64,000 nt of DNA from Lingula anatina (lineage: Eukaryota; Animalia; Brachiopoda). The stretch spans positions 17,188,567 to 17,252,566 of the forward strand of contig CM120649.1 of assembly GCA_051362555.1 (NCBI GenBank), in the 5' to 3' direction. Below the pieces are notes generated by a model. It had not been told where the DNA came from and did not search any database. It saw only the letters and a list, made by a program, of their open reading frames with translations. Below are positions 39,299-51,432 of this stretch, in pieces. Position 1 is the first letter of the stretch; every line of letters starts with the position of its first letter. The position numbers and the translations under genes are program-made.

Positions 39299-42200
39299 AC
39301 AGTTGTCGGCACGTACAGTATATTTTACTCTAAAACAGGACCGAACTCGGGGACATCCAGTGTAAAGGGGCTTACATGTGAAGCTGTCAAGTGTACAGAC
39401 AAAAAGTGGAAAATAATGCATAAAATAGGCTACTGTGAATTCTGATGCAAAAGTACATTATGCTTAACTGCAAATTCAACATCAAATTTTAATTATGCTC
39501 AACAGGTAATACCAATGTAAGTAAAATGTGTAACAAGCATAAGGCTTCAGGCCCAAGGGAGTTCAGGTTCACACTTTGAAAATGCCAGAATGAGAAAAAT
39601 GAACATTTCACAAAAAATTGCATTCAATAATAAATGATAACCCAATTGAGCTGACTTTCTAATTTGAACTGCATGACCATCCTAAAAATCATACTTGTAA
39701 GTTAAAAATAATAATAAGTAACACAGTTTTCTTTTCATAATATTTGTAGCAACAGTGCAAAAATATTTTTGTCAATTTTGATGTAACAGAATAATTATCA
39801 ACTTTTGATCATTGACTATAAGTAGCATGGACTATAAATAGCATGTAAATTTGATAACCATTCGGCTTCATGTCCATGGGAGCTCTGAGTCCCACAATGA
39901 ATATGCCAAAAAGATAAAAATAAAAAATGTATAACTTCCAGAAAAAGAAGCCAATTAGACTGTTTTTTCAACTCAGGCTGCATTTTGATCCTGTGTTTCT
40001 TTTTTGAAAGTTTGACAATCATAAGTAATGTGGTTTTCCTTAAATGGTCATCATGGCAGCAGCACCCAAAATTGTGTTTTATTCTATTTTGATGCAATAT
40101 TACATAATGCTTAACAGCATAATGACCATCAATTTTAATAATAAAATATATGTATCATGGATTTTCAGAACATGTGACTAGCATGGGTCTTCAACCCCAT
40201 GGAGGTTCTAAGTCACACCTTGAAAATGCCAATATGTAAAAAATTTAATTTTCACAAAAAAACTGTTTAACTGCCAGAAAAATTTACCAAACAGATTGCA
40301 TTGTCACTGAAGCTGTATTTTAGTCCCACGTTTCATCCCTGAAAGTTTGAGAACAGTAAGTGACATGGTTTTCCTTAAATGGACATCATGGGAGCAGTGC
40401 CCAAAAAAAGGGGTTTCTTCAAATTTTGATGCAATATTATATAATGTTTAACAGCATAATGACCATCAATCTTAAATAATAAAATATACGTATCATGGAT
40501 ATTCAGAAAATGTGACTAGCAAAGGTCTTCAGGCCCATGAAGGTTCAAACTCACACCTTGAAAATGCCCAAATGTAAACAAGACAGCACTGTTCTGAAAT
40601 GTTTTTTTTTTTTTCCATTTTTAACAATTTTATAACATAAACAGTTTACTGCCATTTTTATGTATCAACTAAAAAATTGATGAGATGGGAAAAGTATCAA
40701 AATAACAGTGTTAAATGTCCAATTTCCTCCATTCTGAGATTCTGAACATAGTGAATGATTGAATCTGACAAACTGCAATAATATAGCTTATTTCCGTTTT
40801 TGAAACTTTATTACACAATACACGATAAGTTTACCATCATTTTTACTTAATTAACTTACAATGTTGTAAAGATGCAGGAAATGTCAAACAAACACTTTTA
40901 AGTATCTTTAATATTAGTTTTAAAATAATGAGACTGTTAACATGCCTAAAAATTGAATCTGAGGAAATGTGAAAAAACAGCATAACTTCTAGTGTAGAAC
41001 AGTTTCATTAGCTATGTTATTATAATAGACTTGTGAAGATTCTTTTGTCTATAGCTATTTATATTAGTTTGATCTTACCATCCAATATTTCATCTGCTTG
41101 CAGTCAGATTTTATCAGGGAATGAGGTTGTGACAGGTATGACAACCTGTCACCCCCTCTGGTGTGCTATTTACATGAAAGGGGTTAGTGAAAAGCTAAAA
41201 AGAGCATTCAGAAAAAGGAATGTAGTATTACACCATAAGGCAGGACAGACACTAAGAGGCATCCTAGTATCCCCAAAGGACAAATTAGACCCAGGAGAAC
41301 AGTGTGGAGTTGTATACCAGTGTGAGTGTCAGGTGTGTGGAGAGAAATACATCGGAGAGACAGGACGTTCCTTAACTGAAAGAATCGCTGAACATCAAAA
41401 ATCGATCAAAAAACATGATAAAAAATCTGCCCTCAGCCAACACCAGGAACAGACAGGGCATTGTATAACATCAACAACCATAGAAGACATAATAATCTTG
41501 GAAAGAGAGCCACGAGATCTACACCGGAAAGTTCTTGAAGCAATTAACATCCGCTTACATGGGGCTAAGTTGAATCGGAATGATGGGACTGAGCTACCCA
41601 ACCTCTACCTACCACTCCTAAGGGAGGGGCAGGCAAGGGGGGGATCTGACCAAATAGCACACCAGAGGGGGTGACAGGTTGTCATACCTGTCACAACCTC
41701 ATTCCCTGATGAAATCTGACTGCAAGCAGATGAAATATTGGATGGTAAGATCAAACTAATATAAATAGCTATAGACAAAAGAATCTTCACAAGTCTAGCA
41801 TAACTTCTACAATAATGGCTGATTATCGAACTCAACCTGCGTTTTATTAAGATTGAGCGCTCCTGTTAGTTTCATGACAATTGGCCTATCTGTTTTTCTT
41901 ATATTGTGTTTACAGTGTTGCATATATGCTAAAAAGTGAGAAAAAAAAACAGCATAACTACTGAAATAGAAGCCCGATCGTGCTGATTTGCGAACTGAAC
42001 CTGCGTTTTATAAATTTTCATCAGCTTTGTAAATATAAAGCCAAAAAGTGAAACTGTCTTCCACTTATCGTGTTTACGCTGAAAGTGCACGGCGACGGCG
42101 ACGACAGCGACGACGGCGAATACGGTGACGACAGACGCAGGTGATGGCAATATGTTCAGGCACATCTGTGTCTGTACATAAAAAAAAAAGAAGTTCGGTA

Positions 42201-45200
42201 TTAACTGAAAAGATCCATGAGGCCATGAGAAGTCTTCACGCACTTGTCTTTATTCTAATGACGACGACGAGTTGGAGCTTTCAGCCGTTTGTTTAACCGC
42301 TGACCTTTTTTACAAATCCAAGAGTTTATAACTTTATTAAGCTTTATATGCTCTCCGTTTTTTTTTTTTTTTTTTTTTGACAGTTGTCGGCACGTACAGT
42401 ATATTTTACTCTAAAACAGGACTGAACTCGGGGACATCCAGTGTAAAGGGGTTTACATGTGATTTTTAGATTTCGTCGATTATTTTCTTCAATTATTTCA
42501 GATTTGCACGGATAATAATCTGTTTAAAAATCGTCTCCCTTAACTAACCATACTCGGGTTTCCCATAAATTCTGAGAATTTTTCACCAATGTTTTGTCTT
42601 ACCAGGTTGGGACTCTCGGAGGCACAAGAGGATAATAGGTAAGTCACAATAATAATAACTTTTACTTGTTTCAACGATTTTAAGGGTTATGCCCCACAGG
42701 GTAGCCCACAATTATATATTGAAAGTATTAACTTAGAGAAAATATACGTACCATGGGTAATGTAACCTTACAATAGGCCTACAACCAAGGAGTTATAACT
42801 CCTTGATCAGCCAATCCACGAAAAAGGGTACAATTCTGAATAATACCTGTCGCAGCTTATTTTCGGTAGTAAAAGCATCTGCAATTAAGCTTTTATGTAG
42901 CCTTTTTTAGCAGGACCCGATGTGTTCTACTTAAAAAACAACAATTAATATAGCACCACTTGCTTTGACGGAAACCCCGGGGGTCTAGATGTCGCAAAAA
43001 GCACGGTTTCCACGCGTCGCTTCGGTATTATAGCTGATTTGCCACAAGAAAAGTTTATATTTTCCCGTATTTTAGTGTGTTTAGTCCTCAAGTAAATTGA
43101 ATTCATGTTTCTTTTTATCATACAAAGTGTTCTCTCCATGAGGCCATGAGAAGTCTTCACGCACTTGTCTTTATTCTAATGACGACGACGAGTTGGAGCT
43201 TTCAGCCGTTTGTTTAACCGCTGACCTTTTTATATATATTTCCTTAGGAAGAAGTCTGTTAGAGCCTTTTTTCATAAAAAAAATCTAAAGTATTTGAATT
43301 ATTAAAACTTGTGTCATACCCATCACTCAGTTTGCATGTGTTGAACACGTGATGGAAACTTTCAATTCCATTGTGGGGATAACCAAGGAAATAAACTTGG
43401 ACATGTTCCATCTTTTCCTTATACGAAAAGTGTTTTCTACACTTGTTAACTCTTAAAGAAATTTAACTCACACTCAGTAACCCCTTTTTCCTTTTACCTA
43501 TTTGATTCATTTTCAATTTTTCTTTTTTCCCAGTGGTTTTAATTATAAACTAGGACAGTCCTGGCATCAAGCGGTTTCAGCACCTACTGTACAAATGTAT
43601 AAATGGTGACGTAAGTGAATGACTCGGCCTGAATGAGGTGCGGGCAGGTAAGACGATAGGGTTTATATAATCTGACGTACAGGGACAACATAACCAGCTC
43701 CATTATCACTGCAGCTTGCATAAAACATTAAAATTGTCTTACTATACAACGCGAAAATGAAGACCGCACTCGTGCTGCTCTTGGTATTTACGGTTGTTGC
43801 TGCTAGGTAGGTTTTAATGGATTTCTCATACTTATACCCCCCCCCCCCCCTTTACACTGGACGGCATCCTTTGTCTCCTTTGTGCGACCACGAATCTGGC
43901 CCAGTTTCACAAAAAAACTTAAATCAGTCCCTGTTTTTTCCTTTTTTCTTTTTTATTTTTTGGACAGTTGTCGCCACGGACAGTATATTTTACTCTTAAA
44001 CAGGGCCGAACTCGGGGACATCCAGTGTAAAGGGCCGGGGTTTTACATGTGATTTTTAGATTTTGTCGATTATTTTATTCAATTATTTCAGATTTGCACG
44101 GATAATAATCTGTTTAAAAATCGTCTCCCTTAACTAACCATACTCGGGTTTCCCATAAATTCTGAGAATTTTTCACCAATGTTTTGTCTAAACAAGTTGG
44201 GACTCTCGGAGGCAGAAGAGGATAATACAGGGTTACTACCTAATATAGAATATTATTTTTTGGCTAGTAAATTTTCTACAAAATGTTCATTTTCTCTGTA
44301 ACTACTTTAAATCCAAAACTGAGGCGTGACTCCATGTGTAGCCAGGTGTGTTACCTAATTACTACACAACTCTCCTAACAATTGATGCATGCAGTTGCAT
44401 GTTCTGTGGTCAGAAATGTGAGGGGTGGTCTTTTCGGCAATTTCTGTCCTTGTATAAAAATGCATGGGTTTGACCAATCTTTGGAGTGTATTTTGAGAAG
44501 CAACTACGGAATCGCTCTGAAACTTGACAGGTACCTTAGAGAATATATGATTCGACTGCTAAGCAACGCAGCTTACTATGGGATTCTTGCTCTCAGAGAA
44601 AATGGCAGAAACGGACAGCCATTGCCAGGGAATGCAACATTTATCAGGAACTGTTAGTAAAGTCCTCCAAAGAAATGCTACAACAGGGGCACCTACTCCA
44701 ATACCTCCACCAGGGTGTCCGCGTACCACACCAAGAAGAAAGGATCGCCTTCTCCTTAGAGTGCGCCGTGCTGGTCGTACAAAGACAACCAGTGTCCTCA
44801 GAAAAGAGAGGCAGAATGTCATTCAAACGCCCATTTCAAGGTCCCTCGTGAACAAGAGATTACTGAAAGCCGGCTATTTTGCACGAAGACCAGTAGTGAA
44901 ACCACTGTTAGCAGCAGGTCATATACAGCGACGTCTGCAATGGGCTGGGGACCATGTGCGTTTGCAGCCAAAACACTGGAATCACGTCGTTTTTGGTGAT
45001 GAGGCCAGATATTGAGTTTTTAGGATTGAGGTTCGAATCCGTGTCCGCCGACATGTAGGAGAGGCATAAAACGATGTTTTTGGAAATCCTAGGGTGCAAG
45101 CAGGAGGTGGTAACGTCTCTCTTTGGGGAGCATTTCATGCCGGTGCCCAGAACAAGTTGGTTTTTCTAGGAGGCAACGTCAACCAGGGCTCCTACAGAGA

Positions 45201-48200
45201 CATTCTACAGCAAACAATGCTTCGATTTGTAAGAGTCATCTTCAGGAACAACTTTGTGTACCAAGACGACTGCGCAACTCCACATCGAGCTCGCAGAATC
45301 ATCGTTTTTCTTCAAAACCAATGGTTTCAGCAACTACCCTGGCCTGCAAACTCCCCAGATATGAACCCAATTGAAAATTTATGGCTATGGTCATCGGCCG
45401 GTAAATAGTGATGTTTTGGGACAGGCAAATATCACTTCGTGGAATGATATCTCCATCCAAACTCTAAAAAACTTGCCATAGAGTATGCTCTGTAGGATGA
45501 GGGCATTGCAAGCGGCTGCTGGAGGTCATACCCGCTATTGATGACTTTTCATGATTTACTGTAATGAGTTCTTTGACTGTGTAACATATCACTGTCATTT
45601 TCTCTAATATCTTAGCTTAAATTTATAGTGACATCAAACTGTTGAAATGGTTTTCTGGGGTGTTCTTTTCTTTGGAATGACATCTTATGTCAGATGTGAT
45701 ATTATTGACCAAAATATCTCACAATAGAAGACTGGATATTTTTATCACTCAGTGACATACTTCTTTGATGGATCAAGCCAAAAAGATTTTAATCAGCACT
45801 CAAAATAACAATGATAAAAAATATTCCATATTAAGTAGTAACCCTGTAGGTAAGTCACAATAATAATTACCTTTACTTGTTTCAACGATTTTAAGGGTTA
45901 TGCCCCACAGGGTAGCCCACAATTATATATTGAAAGTATTAACTTAAAGAAAATATACGTACCATAGGTAATGTAACCTTACAATACAACCAAGGAGTTA
46001 TAACTCCTTGATACAACTAACACTTTATATCAGTAAATTTTGAAAAGCGACGCATGTGAAATTCCGTCAATATACAAAAGCGAAGCTTGTTTGAAATGTA
46101 TATTTTTTCATTTGGGCTCATTTCCAATGAAATTATGACCCCATTCCCAGAGATTAGATCGATCTACTCTAGATCGACCTAACTCCTTGGGGGTTCACGC
46201 TGAATAGCTGTCAGCCGAGTGGGCACGAAAGTTAATTACCCCCTTACAGCTTGTAGTAGGCGGGACGGACATTTAAGCCGGATTGTTTGACAGTAATCTA
46301 GTGAGACTCCCCGCGGGGATAGATCGATCTAAAAGCTCTGGGAATACGCCCTATATGGCTACGTAGATCGACCCAACTCCACTGGAACTCTGATTAGCAC
46401 GCTTCTTCTTGTTTCCTACGTACTCATATAATCACCCGCTCTTATATATATGTATTTTACTGGTACCCAACGCCAGGAGGAGACTGTCAGAATTGTTCTC
46501 AAATATTTTGCCATCCTGACATTCCGAGCCTGAATTATCAAATTCAAAGTCTTTACAGCTTCTGTAAGTCACGTGTGCCGTTGACACTGAGTCAGTCCAC
46601 AAATGTCACTGAAGCTTGTTACATATTTGGTCGGCTTCCAAACCACTGACAATAAAGTAAATAAAGTAAATATAATCATGCTTTGGAGATACGGGGCACT
46701 GGTTGTTTGTATGGGTTCAACAGCTAACACGCCCCTTCTTCGTTGTTGGTCTTTGATGCATGATTTGGCAGGTGTCAACTTGCTTTTATAAAGGCAATTT
46801 CAATGCCAGTATAAACTAAATCGGAGGCGCTGCAGTAAACCAGTTCTGCAACATATTAGGTTGACTTGGCATCATTACGTGCGTTTTTTCTTGAAAACAA
46901 CACGTGCGTCATTACTTTTGCGGGTATTATATATAGCCTTTATTTGAGAGGTTAACACAAGTTAGACTGCAAACAGAGCCAAAAATCATTAGGTTCTACT
47001 TTAAGTACGGATGTTGTCTTCACCCTGCATTGTTTCTACATGTATATAACTTTTTTCTCGCATTGTCGATACGCCCCCCTCCCCCCACGCAGAGAGAGAT
47101 CGACATGTAACTCATGTTCCGATCATATTAAAGCACTTCTGTCACCTCACCTGGTGTCACTGTGTCTATTGGGGCGTAGAGCTGTGCTCGAGCTTTTGAA
47201 GTGCCTAAATGTATCCCATGACCCGACTTGACCTTAAAGCATTACCGGGCTCCGTATCTCGAAAGGTTCGTTATGTTGCGCACGTGCGCAAGCGTCTCGA
47301 TTCCATGGCCCCGTATCTCGAAAGAATCTGTTACGAAATCGAGACACTTGCGGACGTGCGCAACATAGCGAACCTTTCGAGATACGGAGTCCTGCCATCT
47401 CATCTGGTGTCAACGCGTCTTTAATGTCCTCCGGGCGTAGTGTTAAGGTCAATGGGCGATTTATGAAATGCAAGATTATTTGTAAGGTTGGGAATGTAAT
47501 GCATGCTTTATTATTATTATTATTTTATTATTCTTTTTTTTTTTTTTTTTTTTGACAATTTGCTTTTTCAGTTTTTTAGAGCCATTGTAATTTATCATAC
47601 GCTACAGTTGAGAGATTCATATTTGTTGTATCTTTTGTCTCAAAAGTAAACAAAGAGGCCATTAAGTATAGAAGATCTGACTACCCCTTCAAAAATGTGT
47701 CTCATTTAACATTCATTTACAGTTCTCAATCTGTTATTGGTGTATTTTTTTCAGTTCTAATGTTGTTTTGTAATGAATGTAACAGTTCGACAACTGTTTT
47801 TGGGAAGTCCTTCAGAATGTCGTAGAACAGTTAAAGAACAGCTTTCATTAAAAGAGAAAAACTTTATGTTCTAGGACAGATTAAGAACCCTAAGACCGCA
47901 TTCAAAACGATTTGAGCCAGGCTTTACAAATCCTGAGACTAAATATGGCGGGCGTACATGAAAGGAAAACCGCCCAATCTTTTAATAGTCTCTCCGCCTC
48001 TCACACGCCTCCCCACACGTCGTCCCTGCGGGGTGCAGTCATTAAATCTCAACTCGTTTGCACATAAAGATTGGGCTTCGACGGTGCTGGGGTCTAGGTG
48101 TGGCGCTCATTGCAATGCATCCTTGTCCAAAATTGGCAAAATTAAAAGCTTATTATCTACCATACGGAAGGAATTATAGGAAAATTTTTCATAGACGGCT

Positions 48201-49704
48201 GACCAAAAGTCATATGTGGCGATTTCAAGTATGCCCTTGGATTTGATCTTTATTTCAAAGTGAAACGGGCCAAAATTTTGGAAAAGAAGTAATTTTTTAC
48301 GAAAAAAAATTATTTGCGCTATAATTCAGAAACTTTCATTGGAATTTTGAATGTCAAACGTACATTTACATGTAATTCATTCCGCCACAATACCACTTTA
48401 TACCTACGGGACGCAGAAAGGATGCCCTCCAGTGTAAAGGGGGCTTAAGATGTTATTTATTAAGCATTGCAGTAGAAATTTCGAAACTTGGTGGCAATAC
48501 AAATCTGTTTAGAATGGCAGATGCAGGCTATGTAACGTCTTTCGCGAGACCTTAATCACATTTTGCATGTCAAAATTCTACTTAAAATCTTAATTCTATT
48601 TAAGGTCTATTTAAGATCTTGCCGTGCGTGTGTTTGTAATGAATGGGGTTTAACAGAATTATTGTCTTATACTGTTACCAAAATAACAAACATTATATTA
48701 TAAAATATTTACTTCTCTGTTTCAGTCACGCCGGTGGTTATGACGAAAATGTCGTCCTGAATGTTATTAAACGCGCGATAAACAACCACCGGATGAGAAG
48801 GGAATATTATGGCCCATTTTGTCCACCATGTTGTCCACCTTACTGTCGTAAGATGTGAGTAGTGATTGCTCGAATAGATCTAGGAGCCACCAAACTTTTG
48901 GTGGGTCGCAGAACAGAGACACACTTCGCATTTAGAGTTCAAGACTCGATCTGTATTGGCTGGGTTTTGAATTGAACACACAATAGTTTTCTTTATAGGC
49001 ATTCATTCATTCAAACATCATTTATTCTTTATTTTGAAATTATATCATTCATTGGACATTATAGAATTATACCACTATTATTGTATTATATGAGAGACAA
49101 AGTATATATATATATATATATATAGTGTTGTAGAATATATCGATGTGTTGAGAGGGAAATTGTACCGTAAAACCAGGAGGAAACCGCGGTTAAATAGGAA
49201 ACCGCAAGGAAATTGATTATGCTCATAATCGAGGGTACTTAGAGAGCACACTGTATTTCACAAATTGTCCAGAAATCTCTAGACTTTTAGGCGATTAGAA
49301 TGTATCTAATTGTGTTCCTTGTGCGAATTTCATGGCATGTTGTTTGAAGACGACATTGGTCTTAGCTTAGACTTTTGAGCAGGTTAGTGTCCCCTTTGCG
49401 AAATATCTAAATGAACCTTTTCTTCGTGTCTTCCATTTTAACTGAAACAATGGAAAATGGCGTAGCAATATACTGCGAGTGGCCATGCATGGTGACAAAA
49501 TAAAGTCCCGTTAGCTAGTAGCTACAGGTGCCTGGATGTGCTGTATTCATCAAATAAAACTATTTATTAGTCTGGATTAATGTGCGTATTACATGTATTC
49601 AATATTGGTGTTTTTTCTGGTTTTACAGCTCCGAGAACTCAAACTTGAAAGATGCGTCCATCCAAAAGATTGTCGAACGCAGCGTGCTGCAGACAAGGAA
49701 GTAG
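39078..49704 (+). CDS. Predicted 95-aa secreted Cys/Pro-rich peptide precursor (exons 39078-39127, 42606-42638, 48726-48854, 49629-49704; non-coding exon from 49991)
   Basis: All coding junctions are canonical GT-AG and phase 2. Translation: MKTALVLLLVFTVVGARLGLSEAQEDNSHAGGYDENVVLNVIKRAINNHRMRREYYGPFCPPCCPPYCRKISENSNLKDASIQKIVERSVLQTRK*. AATAAA at 50144 and 50175. Confidence 0.72.
40992..41796 (+). mobile_element. 5'-truncated Penelope-like retroelement (GIY-YIG endonuclease) with inverted pseudo-LTR
   Basis: GVVYQCECQVCGEKYIGETGR..RIAEH..SALSQH..LEAINI..LNRNDG. 41026-41171 is an inverted copy of 41652-41797. TSD AGCATAACTTCTA. Confidence 0.92.
41703..41742 (+). ncRNA. Minimal type I hammerhead ribozyme in the Penelope pseudo-LTR
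   Basis: CTGATGA, stem II (atctg..cagat), GAAA-TA-TT, with flanking tcc/gga pairing. Confidence 0.7.
43757..44227 (+). pseudogene. Second copy of precursor exon 1 (43757-43806, intact) and exon 2 (from 44196, damaged)
   Basis: MKTALVLLLVFTVVAA followed by a GTAGGT donor. The exon 2 acceptor is CAG>CAA, and a Tc1 sits in the TA just before its donor. Confidence 0.75.
44228..45846 (+). mobile_element. Full-length decayed Tc1-like transposon
   Basis: TIRs CAGGGTTACTACYTAATATRGAATATT, TA TSD, broken transposase (WNHVVFGDE; YQDDCATPHRA; WPANSPDMNPIENLW). Confidence 0.95.
46144..46345. mobile_element. Probable MITE
   Basis: Inverted ends attcccagag..tagatcgatcta / tagatcgatcta..ctctgggaat. Confidence 0.5.
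47246..47394. mobile_element. Fold-back MITE with ~56-bp arms
   Basis: ctccgtatctcgaaaggttcg..cgcaag(c)gtctcgatt is mirrored at 47337-47390. Confidence 0.75.
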
Positions 49705-50237
49705 ATGCGCATTTACAAAGGTGAAAATCCAAACTTGTAGACTGGATCAGAGACTGGGATAGGGAGAAGCGATCTTAATGTATTCTAAAATACGGAAGTA
49801 GTTTTTACCTGTTAAATGTTTAGATATTAGACGCTGTTTGCAATTCAGTTTCTTTAAGCAAATCCTTTTTTGCCTAGTTGTTGCTTATTTAGTGATTTAA
49901 AGGATGGTGCAAATGTACATGTGGCATCTGTGGTGCTACTGTACCTACCGTATTTACTAAGAGAGTTCGTCCACTTTTCTTTCATTACAGGTGTCCGTTA
50001 GATATCTGTAGAGACCACTTGGAAAACAACCATTGGAGAAACAATGAAGTAAAGACAGATACACAGATACATTCATTACTATTTGACACTGCTTTTAATT
50101 CATGGATTACATCAAAACTTTTCAGTTTCGATCTATTGAATGTAATAAATAAATTCAGACTTCAAATCGCCTTTAATAAAGTTGGATGTTGATATCGATG
50201 TTAGTTTTGAGGGTCCTTTCCTTACTTATGTGAATCC

Positions 50238-51432
50238 TTTTTTATGTACAGACAAAGATGTGTCTGTACATATTGCCATCACCTGCGTTTGTTGTCGCCG
50301 TCGCTGTCGCCGTGCACTTTCAGCGTTAAACACACGATAAGTGGTAGACAGCTTTACTTTTTGGCTTTATATTTACAGAGCTGATGAATATTCATAAAAC
50401 GCAGGTCAAGTTAAAAAATCAGCATGATCGGGCCATTATTGTAGAAGTTATGCTGTTTTTTCACTTTTCAGCATGTATGCAACACTGTAAACACAATATA
50501 AGAAAAACAGATAGGCCAATTGTCATGAAACTCACAGGAGTGGTCAATCTTACTAAAACGCAGGTTGAGTTCGAAATTATTTTAGAAGTTATGCTGTTTT
50601 TTCACATTTCCTCAGATTCAATTTTTAGGCATGTTAACAGTATCTTTATTTAACTTATAAGATACGTAAAAGTGTTTGTTTAACATTGTTAGTTGATTTT
50701 GTAAAAATAATGGTTAACTTGTTATCGTGTATTGTGTAATAGAGTTTCAAAAATGGAAATGAACTCATATCATTGCAGTTTGTCAGATTCAATCATTCAC
50801 TATGTTCAGAATCTCAGAATGGAGAAAATTGGACATTAAAAACTGTTCTGTTGATATTTTCCCCATCTCATCAATGGTCTTAGTTGGTCATATAAAAATG
50901 GCAGTAAACTGTTAATGCTGTTTTATGTTAAAATATTGTTTAAAGTGAAAAAATAAACATTTCAGAACATGGCATTTACAAGGTGTGACTTTAAAGTTCC
51001 ATGGGTCTGAAGACCTTTGCTAGTCACATTTTCTGAATATCCATGATATTAATATTTTATCATTAAAAATTGATGGTAATTATGCTATTAAACATTATGT
51101 AATATTGCATCAAAATTTGTAGAAACCCCTATTTTGGGCACTGCTCTCATGATGACCATTTAAGAAAGAACGTCACATACTATTCTCAAACTTACAGGAA
51201 AGAAACATGGGACTAAAATATATCTTCAGTAGGCAATGCAGTCCGTTTGGTAAATTTTTCTGCAATTATGCTTTAAATTACGTTTCTTCAAATTTTGATG
51301 CAACATTACATAATGATTAATAACTGTCTTCCACTTATCATGTTAACGCTGAAAGTGCACGACGACAGCGACGGCAACGACAGAAGCAGGTGATGGCAAT
51401 ATATACAGACACATCTGTGTCTGTACATAAAA
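50238..51432. mobile_element. Rearranged HINE-like element with two 5' ends in inverted orientation
   Basis: Plus-strand 5' end at 50238 and minus-strand 5' end at ~51323-51432. Confidence 0.7.

Larger units (their letters stand above)
39378..42184 (-). mobile_element. HINE/Helentron-like element hosting a Penelope insertion
   Basis: Reverse complement of the 12468-16679 family. Confidence 0.75.

Noticed and set aside
41033-41170. Signal-peptide-like start on the GIY-YIG ORF
   Set aside because: It is the inverted pseudo-LTR read in frame by chance.
48643-48725. Single-exon 71-aa reading of the Cys-rich ORF
   Set aside because: Its 5' part is AT-rich intron ending in a strong pyrimidine tract and CAG, with no signal peptide. 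The spliced model fits better.
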